The notes beneath the pieces are model-generated. The model did not search any database and was not told the origin of the DNA. It saw only the letters and a program-made list of their open reading frames with translations. 64,000 nt of DNA, from the NCBI GenBank assembly GCA_000002435.2, contig CM018790.1. One strand, 5' to 3'. This DNA is from Giardia intestinalis (taxonomy: Eukaryota). Both the position numbers and the translations under genes were made by a program. This document shows, piece after piece, positions 18,909 to 29,200 of the stretch. Position 1 is the first letter of the stretch; each line of letters opens with the position of its first letter.

Positions 18909-20240
18909 ATGTACGCTTCACTGGGTGATAGCCCGCACTTAGACTATGACGTGGACTGTTATTCGCCCTCATACATTGGATTTTCAGGCCCGTACATGCA
19001 TGAAATGCCCGAGCTTCTTGAAAACCGAGACTTGCAGCAAACGCCGCTATATCCCGACAACATTGATGTTCATATTTGCAAGGATCTGGCAGACTACTCG
19101 GCAACCAAAGAGCCGCCCTCTACTGAATCTCAGGGGCTAACCCCGCAGGTCTCACATATCTCTAATTATAGCTACCGTGCAGCCGGTAATCCGTCCTATT
19201 GCTTCACAGACGGAGGATCATGCATAAACTCTGCACTAGACTCTATTCACCCGGGGTCGAAATACCTAAGCAATCTATCTATGGAAAATGATACAGATCA
19301 AGCAGCCGATTCAGCGCGAAACACAGTTACTCCCTCCAAGGATATACCAATAAGCGAGCATACTACAGGTGTAGCGCCAAATGTGATACCCCACCGGCAT
19401 AGCTCAGAGTCAAGGATCCACCAAACAATACCACCACCCCTGCCTGATCCCTTCTGTGATCCTGTGAAGGAGCTAGCGTGTTCCTCTATGTTAGAACAAA
19501 CACCTCTCTATCTCACTGGAGACAGAGAGCAGTCTGGATCCGTAGACATAACAGCTGATTTCTCCCTGGAACGAGAGGGTCACCCTCGACCTATTCATCA
19601 CAGTCTACATAGGCAAAGTATTTCTTATCATGTACCAACCCACACTAACTCCACGTTGCCATTTCTTCTGCAAGGAACCCCACAGCAGTATACTCATCAG
19701 TCATCAGGCTATGAGAGGTCGTCTGAAAAGCATCACATGCACAAAAGGTACATTATGCCGGCAGAGAAGCCTTACATGTATTCATATACAGAGCAGTCCA
19801 GTATACACCGCCAGATGAATTACCAGTTATTCTTGCGCTCATACCAGTACTTCTACGGACTCGATGACGAAGAGATAGACCTCCATCAAGAGGCACTAGT
19901 GACGCGAGATAGTGTGCTTGGCCCTCAGTACGCCTCACAGGACCGAGTAACATCCAGTACCTTGTACAAAGGCCTCTTTTGCGCAAACAAAGAGTGCTGT
20001 GGACTTCTCATCGACAATCTAACACGATCACCATACTGCTCAAAGCAGTGCCAAGTCCGTGAGCAGAACATGCGGCAGGCGCGTGTCAAGCCCCGTGAAA
20101 CCCTCATCAGGCGTAAGGATAGCCTGTTCCGCCTGCTGCGTACGTTGCCAGGGGTTAACTTTGAACGAGCACAGCTTATTCCTCTTGTCCGTAATTTTCT
20201 CCGCGGCGGCCTAACCACTCGACTGAAGCAGACAGACTGA
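18909..20240 (+). CDS. Hypothetical 443-aa protein with a C-terminal Cys cluster (FCANKECCGL...SPYCSKQCQ) that may be a degenerate HIT/MYND-like zinc-binding motif.
   Basis: ATG is confirmed at 18909, with AT-rich CAAATTAAATAT immediately upstream. The ORF is clean. Confidence 0.55.
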   Translation: MYASLGDSPHLDYDVDCYSPSYIGFSGPYMHEMPELLENRDLQQTPLYPDNIDVHICKDLADYSATKEPPSTESQGLTPQVSHISNYSYRAAGNPSYCFTDGGSCINSALDSIHPGSKYLSNLSMENDTDQAADSARNTVTPSKDIPISEHTTGVAPNVIPHRHSSESRIHQTIPPPLPDPFCDPVKELACSSMLEQTPLYLTGDREQSGSVDITADFSLEREGHPRPIHHSLHRQSISYHVPTHTNSTLPFLLQGTPQQYTHQSSGYERSSEKHHMHKRYIMPAEKPYMYSYTEQSSIHRQMNYQLFLRSYQYFYGLDDEEIDLHQEALVTRDSVLGPQYASQDRVTSSTLYKGLFCANKECCGLLIDNLTRSPYCSKQCQVREQNMRQARVKPRETLIRRKDSLFRLLRTLPGVNFERAQLIPLVRNFLRGGLTTRLKQTD

Positions 20241-20270
20241 AGCAGACATTGAAACAGACGTGAACAAAAA

Positions 20271-20693
20271 ATGTATCAGCCCTCTGCATACATCCCCAAG
20301 ACCTCTGCGCAGAAAAGGGAAGAAGCAGAGATGGAAGAGAAGAAGAATTCGCTTTTGTCGATCTTTCTGACGCCTGACGCAAAGGAGCGACTCAGGCGTA
20401 TTGAAATTGTCAGTCCAGAGCGTGCCAGCAGAGTTGAGGCGATCTTGCTTCAGCAGATGCAGAGAGGGCAGCTATCTCCTCAATCTGTGTCTGATGACAT
20501 GCTCAAAGGCCTTCTGGAGCAACTCACAGATGTACATACCAGGGGACTTGTCGTAGGAGGCATTGACGTGGCAGACGAGGCTACCGGATCCGGGAGGGTG
20601 ATAATTTCACGCAGAGGTGCCGACGCCTTTATGGGGGTCGGCGATTCAACTAATCTTCAGACTAAATCTGACGACGAGGAGCTTTCATTCTAA
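20271..20693 (+). CDS. PDCD5: PDCD5/TFAR19-family protein (programmed cell death protein 5-like, dsDNA-binding).
   Basis: REEAEMEEKKNSLLSIFLTPDAKERLRRIEIVSPERASRVEAILLQQMQRGQL parallels human PDCD5 [50 protein letters not shown]. It is 140 aa, and ATG is at 20271. Confidence 0.65.
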   Translation: MYQPSAYIPKTSAQKREEAEMEEKKNSLLSIFLTPDAKERLRRIEIVSPERASRVEAILLQQMQRGQLSPQSVSDDMLKGLLEQLTDVHTRGLVVGGIDVADEATGSGRVIISRRGADAFMGVGDSTNLQTKSDDEELSF

Positions 20694-20712
20694 ATTTCTG
20701 TTGAAGTTAGTT

Positions 20713-20719
20713 ATTCACT
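20713..20719 (-). terminator. Putative poly(A) signal AGTGAAT overlapping the TAG stop of the Sm-like gene.
   Basis: The minus-strand sequence reads TAGTGAATAA. Confidence 0.35.
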
Positions 20720-20918
20720 AGAATACTCTATAGCATGACACCTTCGTTGCAGAGAGGAGGACCCTGTCGAAGCGTTCGTCATCGACGGATACGTCGGCAA
20801 GAAGGATGTTTTCGTATTCGTCCGTGGCTTCAATAGTGCCTGTTAGCTTGTCACCGGTTGTAAATATTAACTCCACCCGAGATCCTATCAGTGAGGGAAG
20901 GTGCTCCTTCTGCAGCAT
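20718..20918 (-). CDS. Small Sm-like (LSm-fold) protein of about 66 aa.
   Basis: IGSRVELIFTTGDKLTGTIEATDEYENILLADVSV fits the Sm1 motif (G.i...D...N.vL.d). The track ORF extends to 20960 but would overlap the ERCC1 3' end. The in-frame ATG at 20916-20918 avoids that overlap. AGTGAAT overlaps the stop codon. Confidence 0.4.
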   Translation of the reverse strand: MLQKEHLPSLIGSRVELIFTTGDKLTGTIEATDEYENILLADVSVDDERFDRVLLSATKVSCYRVF

Positions 20919-20940
20919 GCTTGAAGCTTGCTTGAATTTT

Positions 20941-21528
20941 TTAGATGTGGGGCACCCCAAGTCGCCTGAGGAGGGTGGCGGCCGTCTCCTCTGAAAATCC
21001 GGGTAGCGATGCTATTTCTTTGACAGATGACATACAGATGTCTCTAAGTGTTTTAAAGTGTTCACAGAGAGAGCGAATCTTCGGCTTGGAGAGCCCAGCA
21101 GCCAGCAGAATGTGAAGAGCTCGTTCAGGCCCCTGGCAGGCCCGGGAAGTAATGTTCATGGAGCACGTTGGACCATGCGAGAAGCGCTGCAGCTCTTGGA
21201 TTGCGTAGGCAGCCTGTTCGTGGTCCCAATGTGGAAAGACATTGAAGTTAAGCTTAACTGCTAACTCTGAGTATGCTGAGAGAAGGTCCGCAGACCCTGA
21301 ATATATGTGCACAAACAAGAAATGCATAGCCTTATCGTCTACATCACGGTGTTTAGAAAACTTAGCCAAGCGAGGCATGTCTGTGTCGATAGTTTGAGAT
21401 CCCGCACAATATATGTCCAAGCCCGGCACAGGTTCGAAGTCAGCATTAATATCTGCGAAGCGGTAGGGTCGCTTAAGGTGTAGAAGAATGGGGGACGCGC
21501 GGAGACGTGCATTGACCAAAATAGACAT
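20941..21528 (-). CDS. ERCC1: ERCC1/Rad10-family DNA repair protein. It is a minimal form with only the central nuclease-like domain and a C-terminal helix-hairpin-helix.
   Basis: SILVNARLRASPILLHLKRPYRFADINADFEPVPG resembles human ERCC1 [34 protein letters not shown]. The downstream LLSAYSELA...FPHWDHEQAAYAIQE corresponds to ALKELA...LAWSPEEAGRYLE. A C-terminal HhH (SVKEIASLPGFSEETAATLLRRLG) is present. Confidence 0.75.
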   Translation of the reverse strand: MSILVNARLRASPILLHLKRPYRFADINADFEPVPGLDIYCAGSQTIDTDMPRLAKFSKHRDVDDKAMHFLFVHIYSGSADLLSAYSELAVKLNFNVFPHWDHEQAAYAIQELQRFSHGPTCSMNITSRACQGPERALHILLAAGLSKPKIRSLCEHFKTLRDICMSSVKEIASLPGFSEETAATLLRRLGVPHI

Positions 21529-21529
21529 T

Positions 21530-23674
21530 TTAGATATCTCTGGAGTAGAAGTCTTTGTTTTCCCCTGTCGTTTTATCTTCGCGACTAAGACGTGCAGCTA
21601 ATTCGCGCTGAGCACGGGTCAATCTTTTTTCTTGTCCCCCATAGCTCCTGAATTGGACCGCGCGGCCCGGGGCTCGAGCCTGCGAAGTCTTCTCCATCCT
21701 AAGGGCGACCTTAGCATTACGCTCTGCTTGGAGCCGGTCCTGTTCTGCTTGCTTAGCATTCTTGCTGATGTCTCGCCGCAGTTTGTTCAACTTTCTGCGA
21801 CTTTCCTGGAACTTATCAACAGGGATTTGTGCCAATGCAGCAAGAGTCCTATCCAGCAGCAACTCCATTGCCCCAAGAATCGAGTGGGAGGCCATATTGA
21901 CGTCGTCAGAGCCTATGGCGCCAGTACGCATGCCTGCAAGTGAAACGGCTTGATGAAGATAGCCTAGTTCCGATTCGAGGCGATCTACCTCTGCTTCTGT
22001 TGAGTTAGCCATTTCTGTTGCGAGGGTACGCTGCAACTCAGCAATAGTGGCTTCCATACTAGAGATGTTCGCCCGAAGCGCAGCTTGTTGGGAGGCGAAG
22101 TCGGCAGCATGGATGGCATTATCGGCCTGGACATTGGCAACAATTGAGGAGTAATCTTGGAGCTGTTCTGCACGGAGGAGGTTTGCATCCTCGAGCCGCT
22201 TCATGGCGCCCATGAGCTCAGATGCATCGTCAAAGGGAACACGGGCATCTGTGCACGAACGACGGAGCAGAAGCACTGCGCGCCGTACACTAGGATCTAC
22301 GTGTACATGCTCTACTGGTAATGCTTCAAACACATGAACATTTCTAAGGTAGGTCTCGTCTTCTGTTTGCTTGATATCTCCCGTGTCATCAGCCTCAGTC
22401 CCGACTCCGGTTTCGACTTCGACTTCGACGTCATTGAGTGGTTTGGCTGAATTGACTCGCTGGGTAGATCTAAGAGAGGTGTCACGTGTATTCAGCGTGC
22501 TGCGGATGCTCTCAAGGTGCTCGCGTTGGAGATCTTCTATGAGTGGAGGGGTATAGCGAAACAAATCAGTGGGTAGGCCCTCTCCCAAAGCTGTTTGAAA
22601 TTCCCCAAAGTCAAAGTCTACTTGAAAGTAGCGCTTAGATTCGTCTGGAAGTTTACGACGAAAGGAAGCATGCGACACGTCCAGTCCACGCTCCGTGACA
22701 TGACTGCAATCAAGACCAGCAGCGGAGAGAAGAGACGCCCGGAAGGTGCAGAATTCAAGCGATGCTTTTAGTACTTCCTTCGTTTTTAATAGTTCATAAG
22801 GGTCTGTGGCACTGGTAAGATTGGTAGATCTAGAATCTGTGTACTGTGCATATGCCTGCTCAATGCTAGTATTCAGATGCTGTTCGGCTGCATTGCGCTC
22901 GGTTTGTATTGCCTGAACACGACCGCGAAGGATCGACCCTGCGGCGACATCTTCTAGAAATTGCCGTGCCGTAAGATTAAGCTCTAAAAGGTCTGCTTGT
23001 CTGTCAACTTCTCTGAATATTGTCTGGAGAGTTGTTTCTAGCTCATCGAGCCGCCTCTTGCAGACCTCTAATTTATGGGCTGCCAGTTCTGCTTGCCTGG
23101 TAGTTTCCACCGCACCAGTGTCTGCAGCTCTGGCAGAAGTCTCAAGAGAGATTTCTAATCTGTTAAGACTGAGTTCGTCCGCTTCTATCTTCTCTTCTCT
23201 TTGGGCAAGCTGAGTCTGCAAGTGCGAAATTTTGCGCTCCTTCATGGAGATAGACACACGGACTCGTGCTATCATCTTTTGTCGTTCGAGGAAGGACTTA
23301 GTGCCTTCACGCCGCATAGGGCGAAACGAGGGAGGAAGAAGCTCATCAGTAATCTTTCCTTCGCCGCAACTTGACCCGTTATTGGACTGAGGGAGCTTTT
23401 CTTTCATCAGATCTGCAAGGCCCTCGGCCAGCTGTCTTCGGTCTTCCCTGTGCATTTCTGAAACACCAATGCGGCTGCAACGCTGCTGATGGGTGCGTGT
23501 CTTGTCGATTATGCTCATGTTGTAGAATTTGCGACGGCTCTCAAGAGTGGTTCGCATGATCTCTTCCTGTGCTGCCTGAGTTACAACTGTAGTATATGGA
23601 TTCTGCATAATCTCTGACAGCGTCCCGTCTTGTGAGGCCTCTTGGTCGGGGCCAAAAGATCCCCCCACTGACAT
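21530..23674 (-). CDS. Coiled-coil protein of 714 aa; hypothetical.
   Basis: It has long heptad-like, charged Glu/Leu/Arg/Gln-rich segments. ATG is confirmed at 23672-23674. Its stop codon sits 1 nt from the ERCC1 start. Confidence 0.55.
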   Translation of the reverse strand: MSVGGSFGPDQEASQDGTLSEIMQNPYTTVVTQAAQEEIMRTTLESRRKFYNMSIIDKTRTHQQRCSRIGVSEMHREDRRQLAEGLADLMKEKLPQSNNGSSCGEGKITDELLPPSFRPMRREGTKSFLERQKMIARVRVSISMKERKISHLQTQLAQREEKIEADELSLNRLEISLETSARAADTGAVETTRQAELAAHKLEVCKRRLDELETTLQTIFREVDRQADLLELNLTARQFLEDVAAGSILRGRVQAIQTERNAAEQHLNTSIEQAYAQYTDSRSTNLTSATDPYELLKTKEVLKASLEFCTFRASLLSAAGLDCSHVTERGLDVSHASFRRKLPDESKRYFQVDFDFGEFQTALGEGLPTDLFRYTPPLIEDLQREHLESIRSTLNTRDTSLRSTQRVNSAKPLNDVEVEVETGVGTEADDTGDIKQTEDETYLRNVHVFEALPVEHVHVDPSVRRAVLLLRRSCTDARVPFDDASELMGAMKRLEDANLLRAEQLQDYSSIVANVQADNAIHAADFASQQAALRANISSMEATIAELQRTLATEMANSTEAEVDRLESELGYLHQAVSLAGMRTGAIGSDDVNMASHSILGAMELLLDRTLAALAQIPVDKFQESRRKLNKLRRDISKNAKQAEQDRLQAERNAKVALRMEKTSQARAPGRAVQFRSYGGQEKRLTRAQRELAARLSREDKTTGENKDFYSRDI

Positions 23675-23733
23675 CTCTGGATTTTAATTGAGTCAGCCAA
23701 TTTACTTACTTATGTTTATTTACTTAGGTTTAC

Positions 23734-26103
23734 TCAGGAGCTGGGCAGAACAAGGTCATTGATGATGTCTTCGTTGAAGTCGGCTGCTAGATCAATGCCA
23801 CTACTGCTGCCACTACTCAACTCAGAGTCTTCCTTTTCCATGGCAGCAAAGTCAGGAGCATCTTTGTTGGAGCCCTCATTCGAATCCTCGTTGCTATACT
23901 CCTCGTCCGAATCATAACTATTACTTGATTCATCACTAGGGTCCAGAACCTTGTATCGTTTAGAGTCTCCCAGCTCTTCCTTTTGAAGCACTGTACGCTC
24001 TCCTTTGATGGCTGTGTACTTCTCAAGTAGCTGCGCTAGTGTGGGCGTGACCTTGTGCTGAGTGACACCCTGATTGTACATATTGTTCTCATCTTCACTG
24101 CCAGCTTCTTCATCTGCACCCTGTACGGTAAACCCGTCATCGATAACGCGCTTTCTGATTGCGTTCATAGCAGCCGAGATGTCTCCATCTATAAGGTTCT
24201 TTGTGTGTAACCGCAAATCTAACCGTACAGCAACCATCAGTGCAATGTGTCTGTTAATTGCGCGACGCAATCCATCTAGAATCATGCAGATTTCCATATA
24301 TGTCGGCTTGATCACCGATGTGTAATGGATCTTGTAGTCGTGGCCCAAGAGGCTCTCCTTCTCCTTCATTGAAAGCACAAGATGCTTTAGATAGTGTGTG
24401 GGCTTATACATGAGCTCTGGAAACGAGGGATGATAAAGATAGGGTAGTATGTTTGTACAAAACAAATTCAAGCTTTCGTAGAACACTGTTTTTCTATAAA
24501 TTAGGGTACTAGCAAGCTCCTTGGGGCAAAGAAGCAAGGCATTCAGGCTCAGGAGAGAGCCAGAAAGCGTCCCCTCAGCATTCTCGGCCAGAATACGTGA
24601 CCTCCACTTGCCGATGCTATCTGCATATGAGGAGGTGCCCCCGCCTGCGTTGCTATTGCTGCTGGCAGGTTTGACCGCCTCAATAATCATCTCCATGACA
24701 CTGTGAAGGAGGGGAATGTACAGCGGTTTCTTACCGTCAGGGCCTTCTGCTAACCTTGTCATGGCGGTTAAAATCTTGACACGGCAGGGGAAAAAGCGGA
24801 GAGACGATGGGACGACCTCATTGTAATAGAAGCATATCTCTATATATGGATGTACAAGGTTGGCCAGATTGCAGGCCTTTATCACCATAAGGGAGAGCTC
24901 CACAGAGGCAACAAAGACCCAGCTGCAGAGATCACGATACCGTTGAACGGCATCTTCCTTTATTGCGTTTTTCCCACCCTTTTTCCTGGTGGGATCGTCA
25001 AAGATTGTGCGCTTTTTCCCTTTTCCACTCTTTGTGCTGCTCCTCGTGAAAAGTAATTGGCCTTTCCCAACAAAACAGCATCTAATGTGAGAAATAATCT
25101 GTTTGCTGAAACCTAGAAGCATCTCTGTAAGGATTTTCCGCGGGGCCTTGGTGTATACATGAACAATAAGTTGCCGCTGTATCCCGAGTGCCTTTATCTG
25201 TGTTAGGCGTGGTCGACCGTGCTGGCTGAGATACTTCGACCAAAGAGAACGAACCAGTCTTTGGCACTCCTCCTCGTACTCTGTTGTTATTGTGACAAGT
25301 TCTGTCAGCAGGTGTGTGATAGATAGTGAAAGCAAGGGATACTTACGTTTCTTACCATCCTTCTGCTTCTTCTTTGGTGCAGGACTTGTGAGTGACGCAG
25401 GTTGTGCCTGGTCTTCGGAATCCGAGTCACATGGGTTTCCAGTCTCCTCTTCTGCGCTCAGGGCAGCATATAAGTCTTCTAAAGGTCCAGTAAAGTTATA
25501 GCCATTATAAACTGCATGCACTATATCCAGAAGGCAGACCGTCGATGACAAGGCAATCTCTGCATTTTGATAGAGCACTTGGAGGAAAGTCTCTCTGTCC
25601 TGGGGCTCACAGAGCTCCATTGCCGTGGGGAGCAATCTTGTGATGAGGATGATTAAGTAAGGAAGTACGTACTGCTCCTGTGCACTTGCAGACTCGTACC
25701 GGGTCAGAAGCCGAACCGTGGACGAATACACAGTCCGCATGTGGCCAATCCGCACAGTAGTTGTACTAACTTTGTTGACATTAGAATGATTGGTTGCAAA
25801 GGGGCCTGTGCTGCTGAGCATAGTGGGCAGAAACTGTATGGCATGCAGCGCAAATAGAGCATATGCGGAGTCCTCCACTATCGAATATGCTGTTGTATCT
25901 GGATCTGATCCTGTTACGGCCAAGTAGTACTGAACAATCCGAGTGAGAAGGTCTTCTGAAACTTCGCCTGCCTCAATGGCATCCTTTGCCTCCTTGATGA
26001 CTGCAGTCGCAATGTCTGCCGTTAACACCACCTTCAGTCCACTGTTCTCCTCAGAGTGTTCCAGAGACGAGACCTCGGGGGTGTACGATTCATCGCTGCT
26101 CAT
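23734..26103 (-). CDS. Noc2-family nucleolar complex protein (NOC2L-like) with acidic N- and C-termini.
   Basis: FFPCRVKILTAMTRLAEG...YIPLLHSVMEM resembles human NOC2L FYPLRMHCIRALTLLSG...FIPVLPFILEM. SFPELMYKP resembles GFPELVLP. The protein ends in acidic Ser/Asp/Glu-rich tails. Confidence 0.5.
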   Translation of the reverse strand: MSSDESYTPEVSSLEHSEENSGLKVVLTADIATAVIKEAKDAIEAGEVSEDLLTRIVQYYLAVTGSDPDTTAYSIVEDSAYALFALHAIQFLPTMLSSTGPFATNHSNVNKVSTTTVRIGHMRTVYSSTVRLLTRYESASAQEQYVLPYLIILITRLLPTAMELCEPQDRETFLQVLYQNAEIALSSTVCLLDIVHAVYNGYNFTGPLEDLYAALSAEEETGNPCDSDSEDQAQPASLTSPAPKKKQKDGKKRKYPLLSLSITHLLTELVTITTEYEEECQRLVRSLWSKYLSQHGRPRLTQIKALGIQRQLIVHVYTKAPRKILTEMLLGFSKQIISHIRCCFVGKGQLLFTRSSTKSGKGKKRTIFDDPTRKKGGKNAIKEDAVQRYRDLCSWVFVASVELSLMVIKACNLANLVHPYIEICFYYNEVVPSSLRFFPCRVKILTAMTRLAEGPDGKKPLYIPLLHSVMEMIIEAVKPASSNSNAGGGTSSYADSIGKWRSRILAENAEGTLSGSLLSLNALLLCPKELASTLIYRKTVFYESLNLFCTNILPYLYHPSFPELMYKPTHYLKHLVLSMKEKESLLGHDYKIHYTSVIKPTYMEICMILDGLRRAINRHIALMVAVRLDLRLHTKNLIDGDISAAMNAIRKRVIDDGFTVQGADEEAGSEDENNMYNQGVTQHKVTPTLAQLLEKYTAIKGERTVLQKEELGDSKRYKVLDPSDESSNSYDSDEEYSNEDSNEGSNKDAPDFAAMEKEDSELSSGSSSGIDLAADFNEDIINDLVLPSS

Positions 26104-26270
26104 GGTGGGTCAACCAAATAAATGCAGGATCATGTTATGCAATATATTTTAAAAGAAGAAAAAGTATTTGAATTTAAGCTAAATTGCACGAACTTGCTTT
26201 TTCCTCAAAGCCTAATTACAAGAATCTCTTTGGGTCCCTTCAAATCTCTTCAAGGGCTTTCTGGCCATTC
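26104..26270. promoter_or_regulatory. AT-rich divergent intergenic region between the Noc2-like gene (minus) and the cyclase gene (plus); probable bidirectional initiator region.
   Basis: ATATATTTTAAAAGAAGAAAAAGTATTTGAATTTAAGCTAAATT sits between two divergent ATGs. Confidence 0.4.
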
Positions 26271-29200
26271 ATGCAAAAGAGATGCCTTCGCTGCCAGAGG
26301 ACAAGCTTACTTAGTCAAAAGGTAGACGAAATAACCATTTTCTACATACGCGTGACCATGCAGCTAATGGCCATTCAGGCGATCATCATGCACCTGGTTT
26401 GTCTTCCGCCCGTTTTCACCGACATAAAATCGCCGCTCAAACGCACTATGGTTATGGGGTTCCGCATAGTGGACTCATTTTACTGCACCTTCAGTGTCAT
26501 GTACCTCACCCATATGGACACCCATCTGTTCTGCAGTCTGTGCTTCAACCTGTCAGGCGTTGATGCACTAGTGTCAAAGTGCCTTTGTGTGCATAAGAAG
26601 CTAGGTGCTCTAACAAAGGTGTTCAGTGTAGGGCTTCTGATACGTTGTCTGTTCGCAGGTGTGATTGCAGAACAAGTGTCTCCTTCGTCTATAATTACTT
26701 ACTTGATAGAATTGTGCACTCTTCTCTATTCCATGCTGATTGGTATTGTCATTCCAATTCCTCTTGGCATTAAAATGCTCTATTTTTTATTAAGTCAGTT
26801 TCCAATGACAATCTTATCATACAATCTATCTGGCAACTTGGTAATTGTTCCAACACTAATTGCAACAATACTCCTGGTCTCTCTTATTAGCTACTACTTC
26901 GTGTCGTTTTCGAGAAAAAAGAGCTTCTTTTCCATTGAGACCACGCGAAACATGGTTACTATCCTTGGAGGACAGATCATGAACCTCTTTTTGAATGCTC
27001 TCCCCTCACGGCTAGTTCCCAACGTCATGAGCGGTGTCAGAATGGAGCCAACTGTCTGCTTGGATGTGTGCTTTTCATATATCGCAGTAAGCGACGCTGT
27101 CCCTTCCAACCCGGGTTGCCTGGTTGTCAATGCTAAAAATGCCGACTACCAGAAGATAGACGAGTACACGAAGGGCTTTATGAGCCGGCTCAACCTATAT
27201 TACTGTCTCCTGGACTTTTTGTCTGAGTGCATAGGGGTGCAGAAGATTAAATCGACGTACACCCTTTATATGGTAGCAGCCGGGCTTGAAAGCATTCTAG
27301 ATATTAACTATAAAGGCCCTGTCAGCGGCTACCTACTGGGACAGGATGACGACCAGGAGCCACAAGCAGAGCAATTGTTATTACAAACAGATCCGCTGGC
27401 TTATAAATTGCGAGCCGAGAAGCTAAAATTTAAACAGATAGCCACTTTTTGTTTGGCTGCTAGAATAGCAGGCGAGTCTTTGGGGTTTAACGTCTCAGCC
27501 GGAATCACGAAGGGACCTATCATCACGGGAATGCTCGGTCAGGGACAGGCAAATTGCAACTTTGATGTCTGGGGGGACGTTGTCAATATGGCGGCCCGGA
27601 TTGCCCGCGGCTTCAATTCCGGAGTGTTTATTAAGCAGGATGACTTTTATAGCCAGTTGGATGACTCTATAAGTGGCTCATACTGCCGGGCTGCCATTTC
27701 GGAGAGCAGCCTTGACGACGACTACTCTGTGATAGCCTTGAAAAATGACCTTGAGAAAAAAAGACAAGATGTGTCAAAATACTTACCCAGCGAGGATATC
27801 GTTCGACGCTCACGTGAGATTGTCTATAACCTTCCACCGTGCTATATGTTTGGGATGTCGTTTCCGCGTATGTACAAAGGGAAGGCAGGAGTCACCTGGA
27901 TCACCGAGCTGGTTGAGACCGATTATATGCCCTGGCTCTTGAGGCGCACGTTTAGCTTGGCGTACCGCAATCTTCTGCTGTCATATATTTCAGAGGATAG
28001 TCAGCAGACTCTTGGTTTGCCCGCTAACCCTGCGTCTCCTAGGCACCGCGTGGGCCAGAGCATTAAGCAGGGTGCTAATACCGCAGAAGCAAAGCAATTA
28101 GTTGGCATGGAGCTCTTTGAAGCAATAAAACGGAACCTAGGACTGGAGAAGGATGACAACTCACACATTGATAATGCACTCGCTGTTGTCCGTCAGCGCG
28201 ATCAGCTCGATGCTCTTTTGCTTGAGCTTAAGATGTACGTGTGTGATGAGTCTAAAAACGCTTCTAAATCAAGCGTTGTACCCATCAAAGACGATCATCT
28301 AAAGATCCTCAAGAGCCTTAGCACGCTAGCTACACTAGAATCAAGCAGCGCCACCACAAAGCCATATTCCACACAGTCCCCATGTAAGGATCCTGCCACC
28401 TCATCCTCCTTCCTATCAGATAACAGCCTGAGGAGGGTCATCTACTGTGTTTATTCGGGGGACTATTCGCTCCTTGAGCACGGCGGCGAGTTTATCGATC
28501 TGCGGATCTATTTCGGCCTTACAAATTTTCTTTCGCACGTTAATCTTAGGAATGAACCAATGTTTTCCGGAAAGCACCCTATTATGGCTCGTTTGCAATT
28601 TCCAGCCTCTGCAAACCAATTGAATATACTAGAACCGCGCTCTGACAGCAGCGATGATCTATTTGATGGCATTACAAACTCTCAGCTTATGATCGAAACG
28701 ATCTACAAGGCCACAAACGTGATGGTAGACTCTCAGTTCCATAAATCTCATGTCTCATCATCTATTGCAGATTCCTCTCAGCAGCGAGGCGAGGACAAGT
28801 ACAGAAACACGAGCCTGACCCTTCCAAGCTCGTCCCAGGACCTCCATTCAACTATTCGGCAATCGACTGACGGCATCTCCGGCTCAGCCATAAAATCTAA
28901 GGGAAGGTACCGCAAGCCGAACAATCTGCAGATATCACCGTTGCCTGACAGTGCCCCGAACGCCGTGGAGGAGTACTTCTTTGTGCAACCGGATATCAAG
29001 CCTCTGGCCCTAAGTTCATTCAATACTTCGTCTCTACGAATTCCTGAGACCATCCTAACGCCGCGTGTTCTCACCAACCAGCCCAGGCATGACTTTCACG
29101 ACGTTGTCAAGCTGGGTGTGGAGAAAACTCTGCGTAAGACAGCCCGAAATGTTCTAAAGGGGCAGAAATCCTTCAGCAGAACAGGTTCAAATGGGCTGCT

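Noticed and set aside
22371-22440. Short hexamer tandem repeats (ttcgac x3 at about 22400; gagctg x3 at about 61040..61075).
   Set aside because: They lie in-frame inside coding sequence and simply encode VEVEVE and poly-Ser runs. They are ordinary low-complexity coding microsatellites, not mobile or regulatory repeats.
26184-26270. Track start of the cyclase ORF at 26184, and similar M-labelled starts at 981, 4623, 7747 and 3883.
   Set aside because: Checking the nucleotides shows these are TTG or GTG codons, which the ORF finder accepts as starts. For a eukaryote I moved the starts to the first in-frame ATG.
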